A program made the position numbers and the translations under genes. This document shows positions 28,286 through 41,584 of a stretch of 64,000 nt of DNA, piece after piece. A model generated the notes under the pieces. It searched no databases and was not told where the DNA came from. It saw only the letters and a list, made by a program, of their open reading frames with translations. The stretch is from an uncultured Chloroflexia bacterium (lineage in GTDB: Bacteria > Chloroflexota > Limnocylindria > Limnocylindrales > CSP1-4): NCBI GenBank assembly GCA_963833705.1, contig CAWHYQ010000002.1, positions 398,266 to 462,265 on the forward strand, given 5' to 3'. Positions within the stretch are counted from its first letter, which is position 1. Each line of letters opens with the position of its first letter.

Positions 28286-30280
28286 ATGACGGTGGCGCGC
28301 CTCCGCCGCGTGTTGACGGTCAGCCGGCCGACGTCGTGGATCCAGACCGGTCTGCCGTTCCTGGTCGCGGCGTTCGCCGTGACCCGCGAACTCACGCCCC
28401 TGCTCGTGATCGGCACGATCTACTTCCTTGGCCCCTACAACCTGCTCCTCCACGGCGTCGACGAGGCCCACCAGGTCGACACGGACCCCGAGACCGTCGA
28501 CGACGACGACGCGGCGACGGCAGCCAGGGACCTCTGGATCGCGATCTCGGTCACGAACCTGCCGTTCCTCATCGTCCTGACCATCCTCGCCGGACCGGTC
28601 GCCGGGCTCGCCCTCCTCCTCGCAGTCGCGGCGGCCATCGCCTATTCGGACCTGCCGGCCCGGACGAGGGAGCGACCGATCCTCGATTCGGCGACGAGCG
28701 CCCTGCATCTGGTTCTGCCGGCGGCGTGCGGCTTCCTGGTCGTGGGACTACCGGTCGGCGAGCTGCCTTGGGCCGCCCTGTTCGCGTTCACGGCCTGGGC
28801 GATGGCGACCCATGCGCTCGAGGGTTGCCGCCGAGCCGGCGCGGATCGAGCGGCGGGGGTCGCGTCCGTGGCGACCGAGCTCGGCGTGCGGACGACCGCG
28901 GCGGGTGCACTGGTCGGCTACCTGTTCGCGGTCGTCCTGGCCGCCACCCAGGGGCCGGGCGGAGCCCTCGCGGCCGTCGGCCTGGCGCTCTATCTCCTCC
29001 CCGCCACGATGGTCGTCCTTCGCCCCGACGACGCGGTCGCCGAGGCCGCCTGGGGCCAGGTCGCCGGGCTCGACGTCCTGGTCGGGATCTGGCTCGGGTC
29101 CATCCTCGCGTGGGTCTGGGGGATCGTCCGGTTCGACCCCTGGGTCGCGTGGATCGGGCTCGCCTCCGGGGCGACGATCATCGTCCTGTTCGATGTCCTC
29201 GTGACCCGCTTCGCGGCCCGGCGTCGGACGGTCCCCATCCATCAGCGCACCCCGCGCGAGACCGACGAGTCGCCGTTGACCATCGTCGTGACCGGTCGCG
29301 ACCGGGCGGCCGACCTGCCGGCGTGCCTGGCGGCCCTTCGCGCGCAGACCCATCCCGACCCGAGGATCCTCGTCGTCGATGGGGCGTCCATCCTCGGAAC
29401 GACCGACCTCGCGCGTGGGCTGCTCGGGGACGATGGCGAAGTCGTGCCGCTCCCACCGGCCCCGCCAGGTTGGGACGGTGTCGGATGGGCTCGCGACGTG
29501 GGTGCCCGTGCCGCGGACGGCGACCTGATCCTGTTCGTCGACGCGAGCACGGTCCTGGCTCCCGTCGCGGTCCGGATCCTCGTCGAGCAGCTCGGCGCCG
29601 ATCGCGACGACATGGTCTCTGGCCTGCTGCGCCTGGCGATGCCGACCTGGGCCGAACGCCTCACGTCACCAGGGTTCGCGATGGTGTCGTTCGGGCTCGT
29701 CCCGTTGTGGCTGTCGAGGCGGACGGCCGGCCATCCACCGCAACTCGCGTTCGGGTCCGGGTCCCTCCTCATCGTCCGGCGCGAGGCGTACCTGACGACG
29801 GACGGTCACGCGGCAAACCCCGGCAGTCCACGCCCCGCGCAGGACCTGGCTCGGACCTTCGCCCGGGCGGGTCAGCGCGTCGGGCTGGTCCACGCGGCGG
29901 ACCTCGGGTCCAGTCGGCAGGGCGGGTCCATCCCAGGCGCCCTGGAGGCATGGCGACGTGGGTTCGTCGCGGGGGCCGGGGACTCGCTCGCGGGCGCGGT
30001 GGCGGTGCTCCTGGGTGAGGCCACGGCCCTGGCCCTGCCCCTGGCGCTCCCGATCGCCGCGTTCCTGGCTCGCGCTCCCCTGACCACGCTGGAGGCGAGC
30101 CTCGTCCCGCTCCTCATCCTGCTCCTCGGTCGGCTCGCGCTGGCCATCACGCAGCGGGAGCCCGTCGCGACGATCGTCTGGCATCCACTGACCGTCGCGC
30201 TGATGGTCATCGGGCAGGTGATCGGCATCGCGGACTTCGTGGTCGGCCGCCGGCCACGCTACCATCAGCCCCTGACCTGA
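28286..30280 (+). CDS. fusion protein: UbiA-like prenyltransferase domain + family-2 glycosyltransferase + C-terminal TM region
   Basis: ATG at 28286 inside ORF 28202..30280. The N-terminal 300 aa are polytopic, with VSRPTSWIQTGLPFLV and a second-motif-like ADRAAGVASVATELG. The middle (LTIVVTGRDRAADLPACLAALRAQTHPDPRILVVDGAS ... LILFVDAST) is GT2-like. The C-terminus has 3-4 more TM helices. Confidence 0.65.
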   Translation: MTVARLRRVLTVSRPTSWIQTGLPFLVAAFAVTRELTPLLVIGTIYFLGPYNLLLHGVDEAHQVDTDPETVDDDDAATAARDLWIAISVTNLPFLIVLTILAGPVAGLALLLAVAAAIAYSDLPARTRERPILDSATSALHLVLPAACGFLVVGLPVGELPWAALFAFTAWAMATHALEGCRRAGADRAAGVASVATELGVRTTAAGALVGYLFAVVLAATQGPGGALAAVGLALYLLPATMVVLRPDDAVAEAAWGQVAGLDVLVGIWLGSILAWVWGIVRFDPWVAWIGLASGATIIVLFDVLVTRFAARRRTVPIHQRTPRETDESPLTIVVTGRDRAADLPACLAALRAQTHPDPRILVVDGASILGTTDLARGLLGDDGEVVPLPPAPPGWDGVGWARDVGARAADGDLILFVDASTVLAPVAVRILVEQLGADRDDMVSGLLRLAMPTWAERLTSPGFAMVSFGLVPLWLSRRTAGHPPQLAFGSGSLLIVRREAYLTTDGHAANPGSPRPAQDLARTFARAGQRVGLVHAADLGSSRQGGSIPGALEAWRRGFVAGAGDSLAGAVAVLLGEATALALPLALPIAAFLARAPLTTLEASLVPLLILLLGRLALAITQREPVATIVWHPLTVALMVIGQVIGIADFVVGRRPRYHQPLT

Positions 30281-30307
30281 CTGCCGCCCGACCTCGAGGG
30301 AGGACCG

Positions 30308-31705
30308 ATGCGCACGCTCATCAGCCACGGGACGATCGTGACCGCGGACGCCTCGTTCGAGGCCGATGTCCTGATCGACGGCGAGACCATCGCCCAGATC
30401 GGGCGGGACCTCGCCGCTACCGGCGTGACCGCGGACGAGACGCTCGACGCGACCGGCGCCTATGTCATCCCGGGCGGCATCGACGTCCACACGCACATGG
30501 AATTGCCGTTCGGCGGGACCTTCGCCAAGGACACCTTCGAGACCGGCACGCGTGCCGCGGCGTTCGGTGGGACGACGTCCATCGTCGACTTCGCGGTCCA
30601 GAGCAAAGGTCAGTCGCTGCGAGCCGGCCTGGATGCGTGGCACGCCAAGGCCGAGGGCAACGCCGTCACCGACTACGGCTTCCACATGATCATGAGCGAC
30701 GTCAACGCCTCCACCCTCGCCGAGATGGACGGCCTGGTGGCCGAGGGAATCCCCGACTTCAAGCTGTTCACGGCCTACCCGGGCGTCTTCTACAGCGACG
30801 ACGGGGCGATCTTCCGGGCGCTCCAGCAGACCGCGAGGAACGGCGGGCTGATCATGATGCACGCCGAGAACGGCATGGCCATCGACGTGGTCGCCGAACA
30901 GACCTTCGAGTCGGGCACGACCGACCCGATCGGCCATGGTCTGGCGCGCAAGGCCATCTTCGAGGGCGAGGCGACCAACCGCGTCATCCGCCTGGCCGAG
31001 GCGGCCGGGGCACCCGTCTACATCGTCCACCTGTCGGCCCGCGAGGCGCTCGACGCGGTCCGCTCGGCACGCGATCGCGGCAGCAAGGTGTTCGCCGAGA
31101 CGTGTCCGCAGTACCTGTTCCTGTCGCTCGACGACCTCGGCCATGGGTTCGAAGGCGCCAAGTTCATCTGCTCGCCACCGCTCCGGACGAAGGATCACTG
31201 GGACGATCTCTGGACCGGGCTCGTCAAGGACGACCTGCAACTCGTGGCGACCGACCACTGCCCGTTCGACTTCCACGGCCAGAAGGAGCTGGGCCGGGGC
31301 GACTTCCGCAAGGTCCCCAACGGCCTGCCGGGCATCGAGGACCGGCTCGACCTGCTCCACGACGGCGGGGTCGTCGCCGGCCGGATCACGAAGGAACGGT
31401 GGGTGGAGATCGTCTCGACCGCGCCGGCCAAGCTGTTCGGGATGTATCCGCGCAAGGGGGCTGTCGCGGTCGGTTCCGACGCTGACCTCGTCATCTACGA
31501 CCCGAACGGGAGGCGGACCATCTCGGCGCGGACGCACCACATGGACGTCGACTATTCGTGTTACGAGGGCCGGGTGGTCCAGGGCGCGTCGCGGGTGGTC
31601 CTATCGCGCGGGTCGGTCGTCGTCCGCGACGGCGCATTCACGGGTCGCAAGGGCGCCGGCAGGTTCATCAAGCGAGCTCCCGCCGACCACGTCCGGGCCA
31701 ACTGA
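30308..31705 (+). CDS. dihydropyrimidinase / D-hydantoinase
   Basis: ORF 30308..31705 has GGIDVHTHMELPF, FKLFTAY (carboxylated Lys context), MMHAENG, VHLS and ATDHCPF. Confidence 0.9.
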   Translation: MRTLISHGTIVTADASFEADVLIDGETIAQIGRDLAATGVTADETLDATGAYVIPGGIDVHTHMELPFGGTFAKDTFETGTRAAAFGGTTSIVDFAVQSKGQSLRAGLDAWHAKAEGNAVTDYGFHMIMSDVNASTLAEMDGLVAEGIPDFKLFTAYPGVFYSDDGAIFRALQQTARNGGLIMMHAENGMAIDVVAEQTFESGTTDPIGHGLARKAIFEGEATNRVIRLAEAAGAPVYIVHLSAREALDAVRSARDRGSKVFAETCPQYLFLSLDDLGHGFEGAKFICSPPLRTKDHWDDLWTGLVKDDLQLVATDHCPFDFHGQKELGRGDFRKVPNGLPGIEDRLDLLHDGGVVAGRITKERWVEIVSTAPAKLFGMYPRKGAVAVGSDADLVIYDPNGRRTISARTHHMDVDYSCYEGRVVQGASRVVLSRGSVVVRDGAFTGRKGAGRFIKRAPADHVRAN

Positions 31706-31712
31706 CCGCGCG

Positions 31713-32636
31713 ATGGCTCGGCCGGCCCCGGGCGAGATGGTCGTGCTCGATGGCGGGCTTGCGACCGAGCTCGAGGCGCGCGGGTACGACCTGTCGGACC
31801 GGCTGTGGTCGGCGCGGCTGCTGGTGACCGATCCGGACGCCATCGAGGACCTCCACCTGTCCTACTTCCGGGCGGGCGCCACGGTCGCGACGACCGCCAG
31901 CTACCAGGCGACCGTGCCGGGGTTCGAGGCGGCCGGGTACGACCGCGCGGCAGCGCTCGAGGCCATCCGCACGAGCGTGGCCCTGGCCCGACGGGCCAGG
32001 GATCGGTACCGGCACGAGGTCGGCGACACGGTCGCGCTGTACGTCGCGGGTTCCGTCGGGCCGTATGGCGCGATGCTCGCGGACGGGTCCGAATACCGCG
32101 GCGACTACGACCCCGGGTCGGCGACCCTGCGCGACGTCCATGCCCCTCGGATCGACACGCTGCTCGACGCCGGCGCGGACTTCCTCGCGTTCGAGACGAT
32201 CCCGACGATCCGCGAGGCGGAGGTCCTCGTGGACCTGCTCGTCGCATCCGGTGCTTCGGCCTGGCTGTCGTTCCAGTGCCGCGACGGCCGTTCGACCGCG
32301 GCCGGCGAACCCGCCGTGGAGGCGTTCGGCATCGCCGGGAGCGCACCGGGCGTCCTCGCCATCGGCGTGAACTGCGGCCCGCCACGCCATGTCCCTGCCC
32401 TGCTCGCGCTCGCCGCCGGCGTCGCCGACCGGCCGTTGATCGCGTATCCGAACGGTGGCGACACGTGGGACGCGACCGCCCGCCGCTGGATCCCGGCGGA
32501 CGGTGACGCTTACGACCCGGGCGCCGTGGCCTCCTGGACCGGCCTTGGCGCGACGTGGCTCGGGGGTTGCTGCGGGACGGGTCCGGCCGATATGGCCGCG
32601 CTGGCAGCCGCCATCGTCACGGCAGCCGAGCGCTGA
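31713..32636 (+). CDS. mmuM: homocysteine S-methyltransferase
   Basis: ATG at 31713 inside ORF 30936..32636. It has VVLDGGLATELEARG, FETIP, GVNC and the Zn-ligand motif GGCCGTGP. Confidence 0.85.
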   Translation: MARPAPGEMVVLDGGLATELEARGYDLSDRLWSARLLVTDPDAIEDLHLSYFRAGATVATTASYQATVPGFEAAGYDRAAALEAIRTSVALARRARDRYRHEVGDTVALYVAGSVGPYGAMLADGSEYRGDYDPGSATLRDVHAPRIDTLLDAGADFLAFETIPTIREAEVLVDLLVASGASAWLSFQCRDGRSTAAGEPAVEAFGIAGSAPGVLAIGVNCGPPRHVPALLALAAGVADRPLIAYPNGGDTWDATARRWIPADGDAYDPGAVASWTGLGATWLGGCCGTGPADMAALAAAIVTAAER

Positions 32637-32661
32637 CCAGCGGCGGTGCCGCCCGACGGCC

Positions 32662-34203
<1,542 letters not shown>

Positions 34204-34304
34204 CGAACGACCTCTTGATGTTCCAGCCGCCGGAGGGCGGTCCCGCGCGCTCGTGGGGTGACCACGATACTCCCTCGACATCGGCGGGCTGGGTCGCGCT
34301 GCCC

Positions 34305-35234
34305 TCAGAACCGCGGGCGTGACGCCGGATCCGCCCACGACACGTCTCCGGCCGCATCGGTCGGCGATGGCGTCTGGGCGGGCCCCCGATCGCGAAGCGC
34401 GAGGAGCACGAATGCCACCGCGCATCCGGTGGCGATGCCGAGCGCGATGAGGCCCCCGGCATCGAGTGGGCCGAGCACCGGCGGGTCTCGCCACGTGGTC
34501 GACACGGCGACCCTTGCCAGCGCCCACAGACCCACCCCGAGGAAGAACGACCGCCCATCCCGGCCGGCGAAGGCGCCGAGCATCAGGGCGATGGTGAGAC
34601 CGGTCAGGATGACGAGCGTGGCCACCCCCTCGTAGGCCTGCGACGGCTGGGATGGGAGGGCGGGGGCGAGCGAGCCCCACGGACCGGGGCCGAGATAGGC
34701 GGTCGCCCAGTCGGCCGTGCTTGGCAGCCCCTGCCCGGAACCGGTCAGGACCATCGTCAACTTGCCAGCGCCGAGCGCGAACAGGAGCGGTGCCGCCGCG
34801 ACATGGAGCCAGCGCCCGACCGACGCCCCGAGCAGGCTCGCCACATACGCCCCGGTCAAGGTGCCCCCGACGACCGCCAGGCCGAGCTCGAGTCCGCCCG
34901 TCGCGGGGTCCAGCAGCAACCCAGGCGAGGCGCCGTAGTAGCTCGCATGGAGGAGGGCGTAGCCGATCCGACCGCCGATGATCGCCCCGGGCACGACACC
35001 GACCGCGATGAACGCGACATCGTCCGCGCGAAGGCCGCCGGAACGGGCGAGGATCCCGGCCACGACGAGTGAGGCGACGAGGACGGCGACCAGCGCGATC
35101 GACCCCCAGCGGACGACGAGGTCACCGAACAGGTGGACGAGGGGGTCGAACTGGAAGGTCACGACGGCGATCGGCACGTTCCGGTGAGTGTATCGAAGGT
35201 TCGCTTGTCGGCTAGCCGACACGGAACGTGTCAA
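34305..35234 (-). CDS. divergent prolipoprotein diacylglyceryl transferase (Lgt)-like membrane protein
   Basis: ORF 34305..35234 is polytopic. GAIIGGRIGY and QPSQAYEG parallel the GARLGY and HP(T/S)QLYE motifs of Lgt. The start is uncertain. Confidence 0.65.
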   Translation of the reverse strand: MTRSVSASRQANLRYTHRNVPIAVVTFQFDPLVHLFGDLVVRWGSIALVAVLVASLVVAGILARSGGLRADDVAFIAVGVVPGAIIGGRIGYALLHASYYGASPGLLLDPATGGLELGLAVVGGTLTGAYVASLLGASVGRWLHVAAAPLLFALGAGKLTMVLTGSGQGLPSTADWATAYLGPGPWGSLAPALPSQPSQAYEGVATLVILTGLTIALMLGAFAGRDGRSFFLGVGLWALARVAVSTTWRDPPVLGPLDAGGLIALGIATGCAVAFVLLALRDRGPAQTPSPTDAAGDVSWADPASRPRF

Positions 35235-35424
35235 CGAACGGCTGGCCGATGGGTCCCGTGACGCACCACCATCGACCCAACGCGGGCAGTAGGGACGTCG
35301 ATCTCTGCAAACTCGGGGGTGGTCCGCGGTGCGAGTCTGGGGGCTCGTCTACGCGCGATCCGCGCGTCCGGCCCTTCGGGGGGAGGGCCGGACGTCGCGG
35401 GACCCAGGGGGCCTGGTGACGACC

Positions 35425-36237
35425 ATGGGGATGACTGAGCTCAACCCGAAGATCAGACTCAGAGTGGAGTTGCTGGGTCGACTCCAGGCGCGGACGGCGT
35501 CGGGTCGCCCGATCCGTGTCGCCGGTCGCCACGCCCAGGCCCTCTTCGCGCTCCTCGTCCTGGCTCGCCGGCCGCGATCCCGCGAGGCCATCGCGGCCGA
35601 CCTGTGGCCCGATGCGGACACGGCGTCGGCGGGCTCGCTGCGCCAGGCCCTGTGGCTGGTCCGCCAGGCGCTCATCGGCGCGGATATCCATCCCGATCAC
35701 CTGCTCGAGGTCGAGGGCGACGTTGTCGGGATCCGCATGGACGCGAAGATCGACCTCGACGTCACCTCGTTCGAAGGCTGTCTGGCCGATGGCACAGGAG
35801 CTGCCGAGCGAGCGGTCGAGCTCTATCGGGGCGACCTGCTCGAAGGGCTCGGGCACGAGTGCTTCGCCGCCGAGCGAGAACGCCTGGCCGACCGGTTCGA
35901 GGATGCCCTCGCGATGGTCGCCGAGCGACGCCTGTTGATGGGCGAGCACGTGGCGGCGCGGGCCGCCGCTGACCGCCTGCTTGCGCGCGATCCCCTGCGC
36001 GAGGAGGCCCACGCGGTGCTCATCGCGGTCCACGGGATGATCGGGTCGCGATCGCAGGTCGTCCGCCAGTATCGGCGGCTGCGCGACGTGCTCGGGCGCG
36101 AACTCGATGAGGCGCCACTCCCCGACACCGAGGCGATCTACCGCCTCGCGCTGGACCAGGCGATGCGTCGGGCGGTCGAACGCGCCGCCATGATGGAGGC
36201 GGATCGGCCGCCGCGGCTGGTGGCGGTCGGGCGCTGA
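35425..36237 (+). CDS. SARP/AfsR-family regulator (winged-helix + BTAD domain)
   Basis: ATG at 35425 inside ORF 35329..36237. It has LELLGRLQARTASGRPIRVAGRHAQALFALLV..., YRGDLLEGL and REEAHAVLIAVHGMIGSRSQVVRQYRRLRDVLGRELDEAP. Confidence 0.8.
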   Translation: MGMTELNPKIRLRVELLGRLQARTASGRPIRVAGRHAQALFALLVLARRPRSREAIAADLWPDADTASAGSLRQALWLVRQALIGADIHPDHLLEVEGDVVGIRMDAKIDLDVTSFEGCLADGTGAAERAVELYRGDLLEGLGHECFAAERERLADRFEDALAMVAERRLLMGEHVAARAAADRLLARDPLREEAHAVLIAVHGMIGSRSQVVRQYRRLRDVLGRELDEAPLPDTEAIYRLALDQAMRRAVERAAMMEADRPPRLVAVGR

Positions 36238-36491
36238 CGCGGCTCGCCATCCGGCGGCCTCCCGTGGCGGCCGGTCGCCGTCGTCAGGGAACCTGGCGGC
36301 GCCCGAGGCGTCTTTGGCTCGACGACGCAGCCACGGCTCGACCGCGGTCGGGGGCCGCGACCCACGCCACACGATGCGAGGACTACCGCTCGATGACACG
36401 CTCGACGCGCCCGCCGATCGCCCCATCACGCACCGCTCGCCACGACCGTCGCGCCGGCGTCCGGCCGACCGTGGGGTACCATCGCCACCTG

Positions 36492-36932
36492 ATGGTCGTA
36501 CGGATCGCCCTGTTCGCCTCGCTCTGGCTGGTGGCCGGTTGCAGCGCCGCCTCGACCGGCGGGTCGCCGAGCGGGGCGCCCGATGGAGGCGCCTCCTCGA
36601 CCGAGGCCGCCGGTTCGTTCGAGCCCGCCAGCCTCCAGCCGTCGCAGGGACCGACCGCCACCCTTGGGCCCAACGAGCTGTCGGCGGCATACGTCGATCC
36701 TGTGGTCGCCGACGCCGCCCGGCTCGCGTCCGTGCCCGTCGAATCGGTGACCGTCCAGTCGGCCGAATCGATGACGTTCCCCGACGGCGGCCTCGGCTGC
36801 CCGGTGCCAGGCATGCTCTACACGCAGGTCATGACCGAGGGCTACAAGATCGTCGTGGTCGCCGGCGGCACGACGTACGACTACCGCGGCACGGCGCCCG
36901 GCAAGTACCGGTTGTGCACGCCCGTGAAGTGA
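36492..36932 (+). CDS. lipoprotein of unknown function
   Basis: ATG at 36492 inside ORF 36264..36932. It has a signal peptide with lipobox (MVVRIALFASLWLVAGCS), a Ser/Gly/Pro linker and a small globular domain. Confidence 0.6.
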   Translation: MVVRIALFASLWLVAGCSAASTGGSPSGAPDGGASSTEAAGSFEPASLQPSQGPTATLGPNELSAAYVDPVVADAARLASVPVESVTVQSAESMTFPDGGLGCPVPGMLYTQVMTEGYKIVVVAGGTTYDYRGTAPGKYRLCTPVK

Positions 36933-36950
36933 CCCTCGCCTGACGGTGCG

Positions 36951-39829
<2,879 letters not shown>

Positions 39830-40042
39830 CGTCGGTGGACTCCTGGAGCGCAGGCGATCACGGTGATCGACCGGCCGCGCGTGACGCTCACCCGAAGGCG
39901 AGACAGGAGTCGGCTTCCGCAGTCGTAGTGCGACGATGCTAGCACGTTGCGAAATGGTTGCGGTGACCCAGAAGTCCGCAACCATGCCGGGACGACTGGC
40001 CGACACGGACTCGGCGGGACCTCCCGCCGTGGCACCATCCGA

Positions 40043-40071
40043 TTGACTCGGGCGCCAGCAGCCCGTAGCAT
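40043..40071 (+). promoter_or_regulatory. candidate promoter TTGACT-17-TAGCAT for the riboswitch transcript
   Basis: TTGACT lies at 40043-40048 and TAGCAT at 40066-40071, about 17 nt upstream of the riboswitch P1 helix. Confidence 0.45.
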
Positions 40072-40087
40072 GCGCTGACAACCGAAG

Positions 40088-40200
40088 AGCTCTTATCAAG
40101 AGTTGGCTGAGGGACCGGCCCGTTGAAGCCACGACAACCTACCGGCGTCGCGTCGGCAAGGTGCCAAGTCCGGGCAGGTCCTCCTGCACGATAAGGGAAC
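40088..40200 (+). promoter_or_regulatory. SAM-I (S-box) riboswitch aptamer
   Basis: GCUCUUAUCAAGAG-UUGGCUGAGGGACCGGCCCGUUGAAGCC-ACGACAACC-...-GGUGCCAAGUCC-GGGCAGGUCCUCCUGCAC-GAUAAGGG matches the conserved S-box blocks (UUAUCAAGAG, GAGGGA, GGCCC.UUGAA.CC, CAACC, GGUGC.AA.UCC, GAUAAG) in the right order. The 5' and 3' ends can form P1. Confidence 0.85.
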
Positions 40201-40283
40201 TCCCTTCGGAGACTCCCCTTTCAGGCCAAGGCGGTCGCCTGCCCACCCGGTCCCGAGGCGCGCTCCACACCCCGGAGACGACC

Positions 40284-41584
40284 ATGGCGACCGACATCCT
40301 GCCCGCCCCGCCCGCAGCCCCGGTGCGCATCCTCGGCATGCGCTGTCGCAACTGCGGCCGCACCGAGCCGATCGGCCTGTCGTACGTGTGTGTCGCATGT
40401 TTCGGGCCGCTCGAGGTCGACTACGACTACGCGGCGATCGGGGCGACCTTGACGCGCGCGGCCATCGCCGGCCGCCCACCGGGGATCTGGCGCTATGCCG
40501 AGCTCCTGCCCGTCGACGCGCGCGCCCGTCCGCGGCCTGCCGGTCGGCTCCACGCCCCTCATCGAGGCCGAACGACTCGCCCCGACGCTCGGCCTCGATC
40601 GCCTCTGGATCAAGGACGACACGCGGAACCCGTCGCTCAGCTTCAAGGACCGCGCGGTCGCGGTCGCCGCGGCCCGCGCCGTGGAGTTCGGGGTGGAGGC
40701 GCTCGCCTGCGCGTCGACCGGCAACCTGGCCGGCGCGACGGCGGCCGCGGCGGCCGCACTTGGTCTGCCGGCCTACGTCTTCATCCCCGCCGACCTCGAA
40801 CCCGCCAAGGTGGACCACGCCCTGGCCTACGGCGCGACCGTCGTCCCGATCGAGGGCACCTACGACGACGTCAACCGGCTCTGTCTCGAGGTCGCCGACG
40901 AGACCGGCTGGGGGTTCGTCAACATCAACCTGCGGCCGTTCTACGCCGAGGGTTCGAAGACGCTGGCCTACGAGATCGCGGAGTCGCTCGGCTGGCGCTC
41001 ACCCGACGTCGTCGTCGCGCCGGTCGCCTCCGGGGCGATGTTCACCCGTGTCGCGCGTGGGTTCGAGGAACTCGTCGAGCTGGGGCTCATCGAGCCGCGG
41101 CCCATCCGCTTCGTCGGCGGCCAGGCTGCGGGCTGCGCACCGGTCGCGACGGCCTGGGCCGCCGGGACCGACGTGATCGACGCCGGTCCGCGAGCCCGAC
41201 ACGATCGTCCGCTCGCTCGCCATCGGCAATCCGGCGGACGGGCAATTCGCGATCGAGCTGGCCAACGCGTCGGGCGGCTCGATCGAGGCGATCGAGGACA
41301 CCGTGACGGCCGAAGCGATCCGCGAGGTCGCCCGCCTCGAGGGGATCTATCCGGAGACCGCCGGCGGCGTCACGCTCGCGGCCACGGCGGCCGCGCGTCG
41401 GCGCGGTGTGATCCGACCCGGCGACGAGGTCGTCGCCCTGCTGACCGGGAATGGGCTCAAGACGCCGGATGCGCGCACCCTGGGTCACGGCGACGGCGTC
41501 GCCTGGCCGGGCCAGCCGGGTCTCGCCCCGGCGATCCGACCGAGCCTGTCGGCGTTCGAGCGCTGGCTCGGTGGCGAGGCATGA
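40284..41584 (+). pseudogene. threonine-synthase-like PLP enzyme with an N-terminal Cys4 zinc ribbon (MetM-like?), two frameshifts
   Basis: ATG at 40284 with a GGAG Shine-Dalgarno. The first frame gives MATDIL...GMRCRNCGRTEPIGLSYVCVACFGPLEVDYDY...LLPVDAR. The second gives PVRGLPVGSTPLIEAERL...NPSLSFKDRAVAVA (PLP lysine)...ASTGNLAGA.... The third gives VREPDTIVRSLAIGNPADG...LLTGNGLKT.... Breaks lie at about 40524 and about 41186, and both are 1-base gains. Confidence 0.8.

Noticed and set aside
40284-41584. Calling the ThrC-fold gene a canonical threonine synthase (thrC).
   Set aside because: The SAM-I riboswitch, the N-terminal zinc ribbon and the translationally coupled GG-terminated carrier point to a sulfur-transfer paralogue. 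I therefore left the gene symbol empty. A phylogeny is needed to settle this.
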